Below are positions 53,216 to 62,711 of a DNA stretch of 64,000 nt, piece after piece; position 1 is the first letter of the stretch; each line of letters starts with the position of its first letter. A program made the position numbers and the translations under genes. Below the pieces are notes generated by a model that ran no database searches, had not been told where the DNA came from, and was given only the letters and a program-made list of their open reading frames with translations. The DNA is taken from the NCBI GenBank assembly GCA_965219685.1, contig CBDCOH010000002.1:1440001-1504000 (forward strand), in the 5' to 3' direction. This stretch comes from Candidatus Spongiisociaceae bacterium. GTDB taxonomy: Bacteria > Actinomycetota > Acidimicrobiia > Spongiisociales > Spongiisociaceae.

Positions 53216-54595
53216 TCAGCCAGCCTCAAATCGCGCCCTGCGGCGCTTAGCGTAACCAGGGATCTCCCGCTGGGTGGCCCGTTCGATTCCCAGTGCGCCC
53301 TCCGACACGTTCCGGGTGATCACCGACCCGGCTCCTGTGAACGCATCGTCCCCCACCTCCACGGGAGCGACGAGAACCGTATTCGAACCTACCTGTGCCC
53401 GGTCGCCGATACGCGTCCGGTGCTTCTCGAAGCCGTTGTAGTTGGCGGTTATAGCGCCTGCACCGACATTGGCCTGATCGCCGACCTCGGCATCGCCCAC
53501 ATAGGCGAGATGGGGAACCTTGGCCCCTCTGCCCACCACGGCGTTCTTCACCTCGACGAAGCTCCCGGCCTTCGCGCCGTCACGGAACTCGGTGCCCGGA
53601 CGTATGGAGGCGTAGGGACCGACCTCGGCATCGGCCTCGATCATGGCGCCCCGGACGACCGAGTACCAGACTCTGGCCCCCGGTCCCAGCCAACTGTCCT
53701 CGATGTAGGCATCGGGGCCGATCTCGGCCCCGGCCCCCACCGATGTCGCCCCCTCGAGATGGACCCCCGGATAGAGACGGATGCCCGCTTCGAGTACGAC
53801 AGTCGCATCGACGTACACCCGGGTCGGGTCTTGCATCCACACCCCCTGACGCATCCACGCCTGGTTGATCCTGCTCCTCATGAGCGAGGCGACCTCCGCC
53901 AGTTGGTCCTGGGTGTTCACGCCCGCCAACTCCTCCGGATCGGTTCGGTGGGCGGAGATGCCGTGTCCTTCCGCATTGAGGATGGCCACGACATCGGGCA
54001 GGTAGTACTCCCCCTGCGCGTTGTTCCGCTCCACGTGGCCGGTCGCATCGAGGATGAACTCCCCGTCGAACATGTAGATCCCCCCGTTGATCTCCTTGAT
54101 CTCCCGTTCCCGGGTGGTCGTGTCCGCGTCCTCGACGATCCTCTCGACGCGGTCCCATCCATCCCTGACCACTCTCCCGTAACCCGTGGGGTCGGCCATG
54201 TTCGCGGTGATGCAGGTGACAGCCGATCCCGTGCGGCGGTGGAGGGTCGCAAGCCTTCCAAGGGTTTCGCCGGTTATAAGCGGGGTGTCAGCCGGAACCA
54301 CCAGGACATGATCGTCGGAACCCGGGGTGATGCGATCGAGAGCAACCTGAAGGGCGTGGGCGGTACCCAGTTGCCTCGACTGGACGACCGGCGTGACGTT
54401 CTCGGGCAGGACCGCCCTCACCTGATCCGCATCGGGCTTGACAACCACGACCGTCTGCTCCGGCTCGAGGAGGGCCACCGCATCGAGCACCCACCGGATC
54501 ATCGGCCTCCCGGCCACCGGGTGGATCACCTTGGGCAGGAGCGCCTTCATGCGCGTTCCGGACCCAGCCCCGAGCACGACCGCCTTCACACCCAT
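53216..54595 (-). CDS. glmU: Bifunctional UDP-GlcNAc pyrophosphorylase/glucosamine-1-P acetyltransferase
   Basis: LGAGSGTRMK..PKV, PTGYGRV, NAQGEYYLPD, hexapeptide repeats, HLAYVGDA; start MGVKA with RBS. Confidence 0.96.
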   Translation of the reverse strand: MGVKAVVLGAGSGTRMKALLPKVIHPVAGRPMIRWVLDAVALLEPEQTVVVVKPDADQVRAVLPENVTPVVQSRQLGTAHALQVALDRITPGSDDHVLVVPADTPLITGETLGRLATLHRRTGSAVTCITANMADPTGYGRVVRDGWDRVERIVEDADTTTREREIKEINGGIYMFDGEFILDATGHVERNNAQGEYYLPDVVAILNAEGHGISAHRTDPEELAGVNTQDQLAEVASLMRSRINQAWMRQGVWMQDPTRVYVDATVVLEAGIRLYPGVHLEGATSVGAGAEIGPDAYIEDSWLGPGARVWYSVVRGAMIEADAEVGPYASIRPGTEFRDGAKAGSFVEVKNAVVGRGAKVPHLAYVGDAEVGDQANVGAGAITANYNGFEKHRTRIGDRAQVGSNTVLVAPVEVGDDAFTGAGSVITRNVSEGALGIERATQREIPGYAKRRRARFEAG

Positions 54596-54614
54596 GGAAT
54601 CACTCCTTCGCTCG

Positions 54615-54686
54615 CTGGGGGGACAGGAGTCGAACCCGTACCGGCGGGACCAAAACCCGCTGTGCTGCCAATTACACCACCCCCCA
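54615..54686 (-). tRNA. tRNA-Gln(TTG)
   Basis: TGGGGGGTGGTGTAATTGGCAGCACAGCGGGTT-TTG-GTCCCGC...GTTCGACTCC...CCCCCCAG; canonical position before glmU. Confidence 0.97.
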
Positions 54687-54831
54687 CTGGTCGGTGGCCG
54701 GTGACCGGTAGCCAGTGGCCAGGCTTCCGTCGCTGCCCATTGACCACCTCTGGCCGGACCCAAGGATACCCGCTGTGAGGTGGTCCGGTGTCAAGGGACC
54801 GCGGACCCTCCAACCACTGACCATTGTTCAC
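54687..54831. repeat. Degenerate bipartite heptamer repeat
   Basis: CTGGTCG GTGGCCG GTGACCG GTAGCCA GTGGCCA ... AACCACT GACCATT GTTCAC. Confidence 0.6.
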
Positions 54832-55688
54832 AGATCGGTGATCTTTACGCCGTGGCCGAGCGGCGGCGCCGAGAATGCCGACCGAGCCTCGCCGGGAACG
54901 AGCGCCAAAGCCTCCTCGGCTTCCGCTCCGTCGACAAAGAACCCGAAGAGAGCCGGACCGCTCCCCGACAGGAGAACCGACCGGCCCCAACGAAGCGCCA
55001 ACTCGGCCCGCCAGTCGTCGAGTAGGGGCTCGATGGTCCTGGCCGCTGGGTACAGGTCGTTGGCCAGGGATCCGTGGATCCGGATAGCGGGTGGCAGATC
55101 GGAACCCGAGACCCCCGGTCCCTTCGGTCCTCCCAACCGATCCCAGGTCCGGTACACCGCCGGGGTTTGGAGCCGGAAGGGCGGAACAGCCACCACCGTC
55201 ACAAACCCATTCTCTCCGTCGATGGCCGGACCGATCCGCTCACCGTACCCACTGATCCAGCGCTGACCCCCGTAGAGGCAGAACGTGACATCCGCACCGA
55301 CCGCCGCGGCTGCCTCGTCCACCCGGCCACGTCCTGCTCCGATCAAGTCGGTGTAAAGGGCCAGGGCTGCGGCGGCATCGGCACTGCCTCCTGCCAGGCC
55401 GGCCGCCACCGGGATACGCTTCCAGAGCTTCATCTCGACCCGCCGGCGGTCGCCGGATAGGTCGCGCAGGGCCTTAACGGCCTTCCATGCGAGGTTGGCT
55501 TCACCGGTCGGAAGGTCGGCGCCGTGAACGGACAGCCGGTCGGCGCCGGACTCCTCCATGGTCAGGATGTCATGCCACCCTATCGACTGTGTCAGGCCGC
55601 GCACCGGATGTAGACCGGAACTGTCTGCGGGGCGAACCTCAAGCGACAGGTTGAGTTTCGCCGGCGCGACGGCCCTGGAGCTAGCCAT
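54828..55688 (-). CDS. ispE: 4-diphosphocytidyl-2-C-methyl-D-erythritol kinase
   Basis: APAKLNLSL, KRIPVAAGLAGGSADAAA, GADVTF, LSGSGP. Confidence 0.95.
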   Translation of the reverse strand: MASSRAVAPAKLNLSLEVRPADSSGLHPVRGLTQSIGWHDILTMEESGADRLSVHGADLPTGEANLAWKAVKALRDLSGDRRRVEMKLWKRIPVAAGLAGGSADAAAALALYTDLIGAGRGRVDEAAAAVGADVTFCLYGGQRWISGYGERIGPAIDGENGFVTVVAVPPFRLQTPAVYRTWDRLGGPKGPGVSGSDLPPAIRIHGSLANDLYPAARTIEPLLDDWRAELALRWGRSVLLSGSGPALFGFFVDGAEAEEALALVPGEARSAFSAPPLGHGVKITDL

Positions 55689-56509
55689 CAGACCCCGCAG
55701 CCGACAGCTGTCGCAAGTGCAAGGTACCCCTCGGCGTCGAGGTCCTCAGCCCGGAGGGTCGGATCGATCCCGGCCCCCGCCAGCGTGTCGGGGATCGAAC
55801 CCGCTATCACCGGCCTCAGCGACGATCGAAGCATCTTGCGGCGTTGAGCGAACCCGGCCGCAGCCAGGCGCACGGCGAGATCCCGTCTCGAGCCGGGAGC
55901 GGCGCTGCGGTCCACGACCACCACGGCCGACTCGACATTGGGATTCGGCAGGAATACCTGGGGACCCACCCGGAACGCCAGGCGCGCAGCACCGTAAAGT
56001 GCCACTACCACACTCGGCAATCCGTATCGCTTGGATCCCCGCCCAGCCGTCAACCGCTCCGCTACCTCGCGCTGGACCATGACCACGCATCGCTCCAATC
56101 CCGGCGCCCGGCGCAGGAGATCGAGCAGGATCGAGGTTCCCACCTGGTATGGAAGGTTCGAGACCATGACCCACCTCTGTCCCGGTCCGAACTCGGAGTA
56201 GTCGAGCGCTGCGGCGTCCCGGAAACGGATGTCCACTTCAAGACCATCCAGCGCCTCCGAGATCAACGGACTCAGGCGCCGGTCGATCTCGAACCCGGTA
56301 ACTGCAAACCCGGCCTCGGCCAGGGCCCTGGTAAGCGTTCCCGTCCCGACACCGATCTCGAGCGCACGGGTACCGGTCGGGTCGCCGGCCAGAGCAACGA
56401 TCTTCGCGATGATGTTGGGATCGGCCAGGAAATGCTGCCCGAGCCGTTTGCGTGGCGTCAACCCATGTCGCGCCAGCAAGCCTCTGATCTCGGACCGGGT
56501 CTGGGTCAC
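55688..56509 (-). CDS. rsmA: 16S rRNA dimethyladenosine transferase
   Basis: KRLGQHFL, EIGVGTGTLT, SNLPY, MVQREVA, QRRKMLR; GTGA overlap with tatD. Confidence 0.95.
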   Translation of the reverse strand: MTQTRSEIRGLLARHGLTPRKRLGQHFLADPNIIAKIVALAGDPTGTRALEIGVGTGTLTRALAEAGFAVTGFEIDRRLSPLISEALDGLEVDIRFRDAAALDYSEFGPGQRWVMVSNLPYQVGTSILLDLLRRAPGLERCVVMVQREVAERLTAGRGSKRYGLPSVVVALYGAARLAFRVGPQVFLPNPNVESAVVVVDRSAAPGSRRDLAVRLAAAGFAQRRKMLRSSLRPVIAGSIPDTLAGAGIDPTLRAEDLDAEGYLALATAVGCGV

Positions 56510-57255
56510 AGACCGAACACCGTCGCAGCACGGTCGCTGGTGAGCCGGGCGACCTCGCTTCTGTCGACGCCCCAGACTCGTGCCAGGGCCTCCCCCACCA
56601 GCGCGACGTACGCCGGCTCGTTCAGCTCCCCCCGATGGGGCACGGGCGCCAGGTATGGAGTGTCGGTCTCGACCAGCACCCGGTCCGGGGGAATCACCGC
56701 CGCCCCGCGGCGAACCGTGTCGCCCGTCTCGAAAGTCACGGGACCCGCGAAGGAGAACGTGACCCCGAGTTCGCTGAACCTCCTGGACCACCTGGGTCCC
56801 CCGGTCCAGCAGTGCATCACGACCCACGCCCCCGCGCCCCCCCGTTCGAGGAGCTCATGGATCTGGCGGAAGGCGTCCCGGCAGTGGACGACGAGCGGCT
56901 TCCCCAACTCCATGGCGATCCGGTGGTGCGCCGCGAAACTCTCCAACTGTGCTGCGCGAGGCGCCAGATTCCGGTAGAAGTCCAGACCGGTCTCTCCGAC
57001 CGCCACGGCCTCGTGCATCAGCACCAGCAGGTCCTCCCTCTCCACACTCCACTTGGCCGCATCGTGAGGGTGGAGACCGGCAGTGAACGCCACCCGGCCC
57101 GCATGCCGGCGCGAGAGCGCGCGAGCGGCGCGGCTGGAAGCGAGGTCGACACCCGGGACGATCACATCCCGCACGTCTGTTGCTCGCTCCAGCAGGAGCT
57201 CAGGGTCCCGTCCGTCGAGTTGGAGGTGGCAGTGTGTATCTACCCATCGACCCAT
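56506..57255 (-). CDS. tatD: TatD-family deoxyribonuclease
   Basis: DTHCH, GLHPH, GETGLDFY, VHCRDA, MHCW, ETDTPYLAP. Confidence 0.95.
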   Translation of the reverse strand: MGRWVDTHCHLQLDGRDPELLLERATDVRDVIVPGVDLASSRAARALSRRHAGRVAFTAGLHPHDAAKWSVEREDLLVLMHEAVAVGETGLDFYRNLAPRAAQLESFAAHHRIAMELGKPLVVHCRDAFRQIHELLERGGAGAWVVMHCWTGGPRWSRRFSELGVTFSFAGPVTFETGDTVRRGAAVIPPDRVLVETDTPYLAPVPHRGELNEPAYVALVGEALARVWGVDRSEVARLTSDRAATVFGL

Positions 57256-57280
57256 GGGGAGAGCGTAGCTACCGCGGGCC

Positions 57281-57394
57281 TAGTGAATGGTGAATGGTGA
57301 GTGGTGAATGGTGAATGGTGGCTGGTGATGAACGACTCATTGGTGGAGGTCACTTTGATCCCGGCAACGGACAACGGAAACCGACCACCGGCTG
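57281..57394. repeat. Bipartite heptamer repeat
   Basis: (TGGTGAA-like) x7 at 57281-57329, a spacer, then CCGGCAA CGGACAA CGGAAAC CGACCAC. Confidence 0.85.
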
Positions 57395-57399
57395 GGTGC

Positions 57400-58230
57400 T
57401 CAGGAGCGGCGCTCCTTCAGTACGGCCTCGTACAGGGCCCTGCGGCCGAGGCCGAGCGCGTCGGCCACAGTTCGGACCGCTTGGGACATGGGCTCTCCTT
57501 CTCCCTTGCGCGCCGCTACCTCGGCCACCGCGTGTCCCATCGGGGTGGTGGAACCCGGCCACCCGGCGATGACCAATGTGAACTCCCCCCTCGGAGGCCG
57601 GCGCCGCCACTCTGCCTCGGCCTCTTCGAGGGTTCCCGACCACACCTCCTCGTGTGCCTTGGTCAGCTCGCGGACGACGGTCACGCGGCGGCCACCCCCT
57701 AACGCCGTTACCAGCGACGAGAGGTCGGCCCTGACCCGGGCGGTCGGAGAGAACAGCACGATCGTCCGGCTCTCCGCGGCCAACTCCTCGAGGCGCCGCG
57801 ATCTCTCCCCACCCTTCCGGGGCAGGAACCCCTCGAAGGCGAAACGTTCCGACGGGAGACCAGATACGGCCAGCGCCGCGACCACCGCACTGGGTCCCGG
57901 AACGACCGAGACTGCCGCGCCCACCCGCCGAGCCTCCCGCACCGCGGAGAAGCCGGGATCGCAAACGGTCGGCATCCCGGCATCGGCCAGCAGCGCGACC
58001 GTCGCGCCTTGCTCCAGCCAGAGGGCCAACCGCGCCCGGCGGCCGGCCTCGTTGCCTGCGAAGTAGGACCGGGGCACGGTGGCCACACCCAGATGGTTCA
58101 GCAGGACCCGGGCCCGTCTGGTGTCCTCGGCGAATACCACGTCGGCCTGGCCCAGGACCTCCCCCAGCCGTGGGGACGCATCTCCGAGATGACCGATCGG
58201 GGTGCCGCACAGGACCAACCGGCCGGTCAT
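57400..58230 (-). CDS. rsmI: 16S rRNA (cytidine1402-2'-O)-methyltransferase
   Basis: GTPIGHLGDAS, AEDTR, DAGMP..DPG, PGPSA, FEGFLP, RELTK.HEE. Confidence 0.95.
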   Translation of the reverse strand: MTGRLVLCGTPIGHLGDASPRLGEVLGQADVVFAEDTRRARVLLNHLGVATVPRSYFAGNEAGRRARLALWLEQGATVALLADAGMPTVCDPGFSAVREARRVGAAVSVVPGPSAVVAALAVSGLPSERFAFEGFLPRKGGERSRRLEELAAESRTIVLFSPTARVRADLSSLVTALGGGRRVTVVRELTKAHEEVWSGTLEEAEAEWRRRPPRGEFTLVIAGWPGSTTPMGHAVAEVAARKGEGEPMSQAVRTVADALGLGRRALYEAVLKERRS

Positions 58231-59681
58231 GAGTCGGCCAGTCCGAGCTGGGAGCTGACCGATCGCCCCGCCACTGGATCCGATGCCAGCACGAGGGTGA
58301 TCTCCCCCAGATCCCACAGGAGGATCGCGTAGTCGGCGCCTTCCACCCACTCGGTCACCGTATCCACGACGCGGGAGGGACCGACGTCCATGCCGGACGT
58401 TATGAGTTCCCGGATCGCGGTGATCATCTCGGCCTCGTCGGCAAACGAGTCAGCCGAGTAGCGCACCGCGAACACGACGTCCTCGGAGACCGGATGCCAG
58501 AGCATAACGTAGTGGTCCCCACCCCAACCCTCGGCTGCTCGGGCGGCGTTGACCGGGCCGCTGTGGTGCTCCAACAATGTGCGCCAGCGTCGCTCTCCCC
58601 AGGTGCCCTCCTCCACGACCACATAGCCTTCGGCCGAGAGGCGCAGCGGGTCGACGGAGACGGGCGAGTCTTGGTTGCGGTACCTGGCGAGATGCATGAC
58701 CTGCTCGGTCGACTCGGGTGGGTGATCCATTGCCTGGTCGAGAGCAGCCATGCCCCCCAGCCCGTACAACTCGGTTGCGAGCGAGGACCCGGCGCGATAC
58801 GGGAACCGGGCGAGTTCGAGGAGCATCGTAGGAACTCCGTCACGTGACAGTCGGCCACGTTCAGCGGCCTGCCTCGCGACCTCCGCTCTCCGCTCGGGTG
58901 GGAGGGCGTCGAGGTACAGCGACTGTACCAAGAGGGCCTCGCCTTCGAGCAGGGCGACACGGGCCGCAGTCCGATCCGGATCCGTCCCCACTCCCCGAAC
59001 GCTTCCCACCAGGAGCGGTTCGTGCTGGTGGGCCAGGGCATGCACGAGTTCGCCCACCAGCACCCACTGCTGGTACTCGTCCAGTGGATCTCCTCCGCCC
59101 GGAACAACGACGGTCGCGCGCGCGAAGTCGTAGAAAGGTGCGGACACCGGCGGATCGAGGGCAGACGCGGCCTGCTGAAAGACACCCGAGTCGTCGGGGG
59201 CCAGCCCCACCAGCTCCAGCAAGGCAAGGTGACGCCGGAGCTCATCGCGACGGGGAGCGCCCGGACTGGATGGGTACCGCTCGGACAGCTCGTCCGCCGT
59301 CATCGGTTCGAATGTCGGCCGGCGATGGAAGGCGCGGCCCCGAAGGTTCTCCGTGATCGACATCAACTCCGCGACCTGGGTTGCCTGCGCTTGGGGTAGC
59401 GACCAGGGAAGCATCGTCGTGGTGGTGGAGGTGGTCGTGGCGATGGAGGAGGCGGTGGTGGACACCTGGGCGTTGCTCTTGGCCTGGCTGGTGGCGCTGC
59501 CGGAAGACGGGCTGGTGGCATCCGGCGACGCCGTGCCGGTTACGTCGGCGGACGACGTACCAGCGTCGGCCCCAGGGGATTCCACCTCGGTGGAGACCGA
59601 GCGACAACCGGTTGCGATGGTGGTTAACACCACTGAAAGAACCATCACTGCGAGCCGGCCGCGGGCGGAGAGAATGGTCAT
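58227..59681 (-). CDS. Hypothetical secreted lipoprotein, zincin-like fold
   Basis: Signal peptide with ATGC lipobox, Ser/Thr linker, GELVHAL.HQH, ALLEGEA, FPY..G, PPESTEQV, AAEGWGGD. Confidence 0.7.
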   Translation of the reverse strand: MTILSARGRLAVMVLSVVLTTIATGCRSVSTEVESPGADAGTSSADVTGTASPDATSPSSGSATSQAKSNAQVSTTASSIATTTSTTTTMLPWSLPQAQATQVAELMSITENLRGRAFHRRPTFEPMTADELSERYPSSPGAPRRDELRRHLALLELVGLAPDDSGVFQQAASALDPPVSAPFYDFARATVVVPGGGDPLDEYQQWVLVGELVHALAHQHEPLLVGSVRGVGTDPDRTAARVALLEGEALLVQSLYLDALPPERRAEVARQAAERGRLSRDGVPTMLLELARFPYRAGSSLATELYGLGGMAALDQAMDHPPESTEQVMHLARYRNQDSPVSVDPLRLSAEGYVVVEEGTWGERRWRTLLEHHSGPVNAARAAEGWGGDHYVMLWHPVSEDVVFAVRYSADSFADEAEMITAIRELITSGMDVGPSRVVDTVTEWVEGADYAILLWDLGEITLVLASDPVAGRSVSSQLGLADS

Positions 59682-59748
59682 GGAACCGTCGAGCCTAACC
59701 CCGATACAACCCGGCGTAGGATAACCGTATGCCGGATTGTGGAACCCG

Positions 59749-61122
59749 ATGCGGGTCGCCCTGATCTCCACGTACGAACTCGGTCGCCAGCCGATCCACC
59801 TAGCCTCCCCCGCCGCCCTACTCAGGGACCACGGCCATGATGTGAGGACGCTCGACCTGGCGGTCGAACCCTGGGACGACGGATTGGTCGCCTGGGCCGA
59901 GGCGATCGCGTTCAGCACGCCCATGCATACAGCTCTCCGGCTTGCGACTGCCGCCGCCAGCCGGGTCAAGGCGGGCCGGATAGGCCTCCCTCTCGCGGCC
60001 TATGGCCTGTACGCCTCCGTGGCGGGTACGGAAGGGCCGTTCGACCGCGCAATCGCCGGTGAGTACGAGCACCAACTACTCGAATGGGTCGGATCGCTCG
60101 AGCACGGGATCCCTGCGACGGGAACCACCACCTACCGGGGTCGCTCGGCGTTCCGGGTACCGGATCGGTCCGGGCTGCCCGCCCTTGATACGTACGCTCG
60201 GCTGCAATGCGGCCAGGACTCCGTATTGGTCGGATCGGTCGAGGCGAGCCACGGCTGCAGGCACGAGTGCCGTCACTGCCCCCTACCGACTGTCTACGGG
60301 GGACGATTCCGGGCGGTTCCCACCGACACCGTGCTCTCCGACATAGAGCGCCTGGTGGAGGCAGGAGCAGGCCATATCACCTTCGGCGACGCGGACTTCT
60401 TCAACGGACCCAGGCACTCGCTCCGAATCGCTACCGAGATGCACCGCCGCTGGCCGCATCTGACCTACGACGCAACCATCAAGGTGGAGCACCTGCGACA
60501 GTACGAGCGCGACCTGGTGACCCTCGTGGAAACCGGGTGCCTGTTCGTTGTCTCCGCCTTCGAGGTGCTGAACGATCGCATCCTCTCGATCCTCGACAAG
60601 GGCCACACCGCCGCCGATGCCTCCCTGGTCGTACATACGAGCCGCCGGGTCGGATTCGAGGTGCGACCCACCTGGCTCCCCTTCACGCCGTGGACATCGA
60701 TCGACGATGTTGCGGACATCTTCTCCTTCGTGGTCTCCCATGACCTGGTCGACCTGACCGACCCGGTCCAGTTGAGCATCCGCCTGCTCGTGCCGCGCGG
60801 CTCCCTTCTGGCGGAGCATCCGGCCTTCCTCCCTTACCGCGGCGACTATGACAACGCTCGGGCCACCTACCGGTGGCAATCCCCCGATCGGCGCGTCGAC
60901 AGCCTGGCCGATGAACTCGCAGAGCTGGCCGAGGAAGGAACCCACGTGCCACCGCGCACCACCTTCGCGCGGATGTGGCGCAGTACGTTGATTGCAACCG
61001 GCCTCGACCCCGGGCCTGCCGACTCGATTCCCCAGGGAGCGACCGTCGGCAGGCCGCGCCTCACCGAACCCTGGTTCTGCTGAGCGGAACCAACCGCGGA
61101 CCAGTTCGGTCCGCTCCGCTAG
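59749..61122 (+). CDS. CUAEP/CCAEP-tail radical SAM selenoprotein (UGA at 61081 read as Sec)
   Basis: STYELGRQP N-terminus, CRHECRHC radical SAM motif, EPWFC-TGA-AEPTADQFGPLR-TAG, SECIS-like hairpin after the UGA. Confidence 0.88.
61084..61119 (+). promoter_or_regulatory. Bacterial SECIS-like stem-loop
   Basis: GCGGACC-AGTTC-GGTCCGC beginning 12 nt after the UGA; outer pairing GCGGA/TCCGC; GU in the apical loop. Confidence 0.7.
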
Positions 61123-61236
61123 TGAATGGTGAATGGTGAATGGTGAAGTTCTAACCAATCACCACTCACCAATCACCACTCACCACTCACCACTCACCAC
61201 TCACCACTCACCACTCACCACTCACCACTCACCACT
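61120..61236. repeat. Bipartite inverted heptamer repeat between convergent genes
   Basis: (T[A/G]GTGAA) x4 starting at the TAG stop, 7-nt spacer, (CCA[C/A]TCA) x11; the arms are near-complementary. Confidence 0.95.
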
Positions 61237-61238
61237 TT

Positions 61239-62684
61239 CTACCAGGCCACGTACTTCAGTTCGAGGTACTCCTCCATGCCGTGGTGGCTGCCCTCGCGCC
61301 CGATTCCGGACTGCTTCACCCCCCCGAACGGGGCAGCCGGGTCGGAGATGAGACCTCTGTTGAGGGCGACCATGCCGGACTCGATCGCCTCGGCCATCCG
61401 GAAGCCGCGGTTTATGTCAGAGGTGTAGACATAGGAGATCAGGCCATGCACCGTGTCGTTGGCCGCGTCGACCACCTCCTCCTCGGTATCGAAGGACACG
61501 ACCGGTGCCACAGGCCCGAAGATCTCATGGTCGAGGATCGTCGAGTCGGGGGACACCTCGGACAGAACGGTGGGCTCGTAGAAGTACCCGGGGCGATCCG
61601 GTGCTCGGCCCCCGGTCCTCACCGTGGCGTCACCGTCCACGGCTCCGGTTACCAGCGAGTCGATCTTCTCAATCGCCTGGGCATTGATCATCGGCCCCAC
61701 CTGGTTGGAGCGATCGATCCCCGGACCCATCCGCAGGACGGACATCGCTTCGGTCAGGCGTGAGGTGAATGCCTCGGATATGCCGCCCTGCACGTAGAAG
61801 CGATTGGCGGCCACGCAGGTCTCGCCCGCGTTGCGCATCTTGGCGAGCATTGCTCCTTCGATGGCGGCGTCGAGGTCGGCGTCGTCGAACACGACGAACG
61901 GTGCGTTGCCGCCCAACTCCATGCTGGTACGCATTATGCGGCTTCCGGCCTTGGCCATGAGCAGCTGCCCCACCTCGGTCGAACCGGTGAACGACAGCTT
62001 CCTGACCCTCGGGTCCTCCAGGATCGTGTCCACAACCCCCGACGAGCCGCGAGCGGTCACCACGTTCACGACTCCGGGAGGTAGACCGGAGTCGGCAAGG
62101 ATGTCCGCCACTGCCAGGGCGGACAGCGGGGTGTCCGAAGCGGGCTTGAGGATGGTCGTGCAGCCCGCCGCCAGGGCCGGACCGAGTTTGCGGGTCGCCA
62201 TCGCCGACGGGAAATTCCAAGGGGTCACCATGAGGGAAATCCCCACCGGTTCGGGCGCCACGATGATGCGCTTGTCGCCGGCCGGAGCAGTCCGGAACTC
62301 GCCGATGATGCGTACTGCCTCCTCGGAGAACCAGCGGAAGAACTCGGCCGCGTACCTGACCTCTCCCAAGGCATCGGCATAGGTCTTGCCGTTTTCCAGG
62401 ACTATCAACTCGGCCAGTTGTTCCTCCCGGGTCAGCATCTTCTCGTAGGATCGTCGAAGGATCTCGCTGCGCAAGCGGGGAGCCGTTGCCGCCCAAGCGG
62501 GGGCCGCTTCCGCGGCGGCGTCGACCGCAGACCTCGCCTGGTCGTGCCCCGCCGTCGAGACAGCGGCCAGCACCTGTTCGGTGGCCGGATCTATCACATC
62601 GAGTTCGCTGATCCCCTCCGCCCACTCGCCACCGATGTGAAGTCCGGTCTTGGGGCCTCGCAACAGTTCGTCAACTACCGTCAT
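61239..62684 (-). CDS. gabD: NAD(P)-dependent succinate-semialdehyde dehydrogenase
   Basis: TPWNFP, FTGSTEVG, MELGGNAP, NAGETCV, EIFGPV, PFGGVKQSGIGREG. Confidence 0.9.
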   Translation of the reverse strand: MTVVDELLRGPKTGLHIGGEWAEGISELDVIDPATEQVLAAVSTAGHDQARSAVDAAAEAAPAWAATAPRLRSEILRRSYEKMLTREEQLAELIVLENGKTYADALGEVRYAAEFFRWFSEEAVRIIGEFRTAPAGDKRIIVAPEPVGISLMVTPWNFPSAMATRKLGPALAAGCTTILKPASDTPLSALAVADILADSGLPPGVVNVVTARGSSGVVDTILEDPRVRKLSFTGSTEVGQLLMAKAGSRIMRTSMELGGNAPFVVFDDADLDAAIEGAMLAKMRNAGETCVAANRFYVQGGISEAFTSRLTEAMSVLRMGPGIDRSNQVGPMINAQAIEKIDSLVTGAVDGDATVRTGGRAPDRPGYFYEPTVLSEVSPDSTILDHEIFGPVAPVVSFDTEEEVVDAANDTVHGLISYVYTSDINRGFRMAEAIESGMVALNRGLISDPAAPFGGVKQSGIGREGSHHGMEEYLELKYVAW

Positions 62685-62711
62685 TCATTCCTCCTGTATG
62701 GCCGCCGGCGC

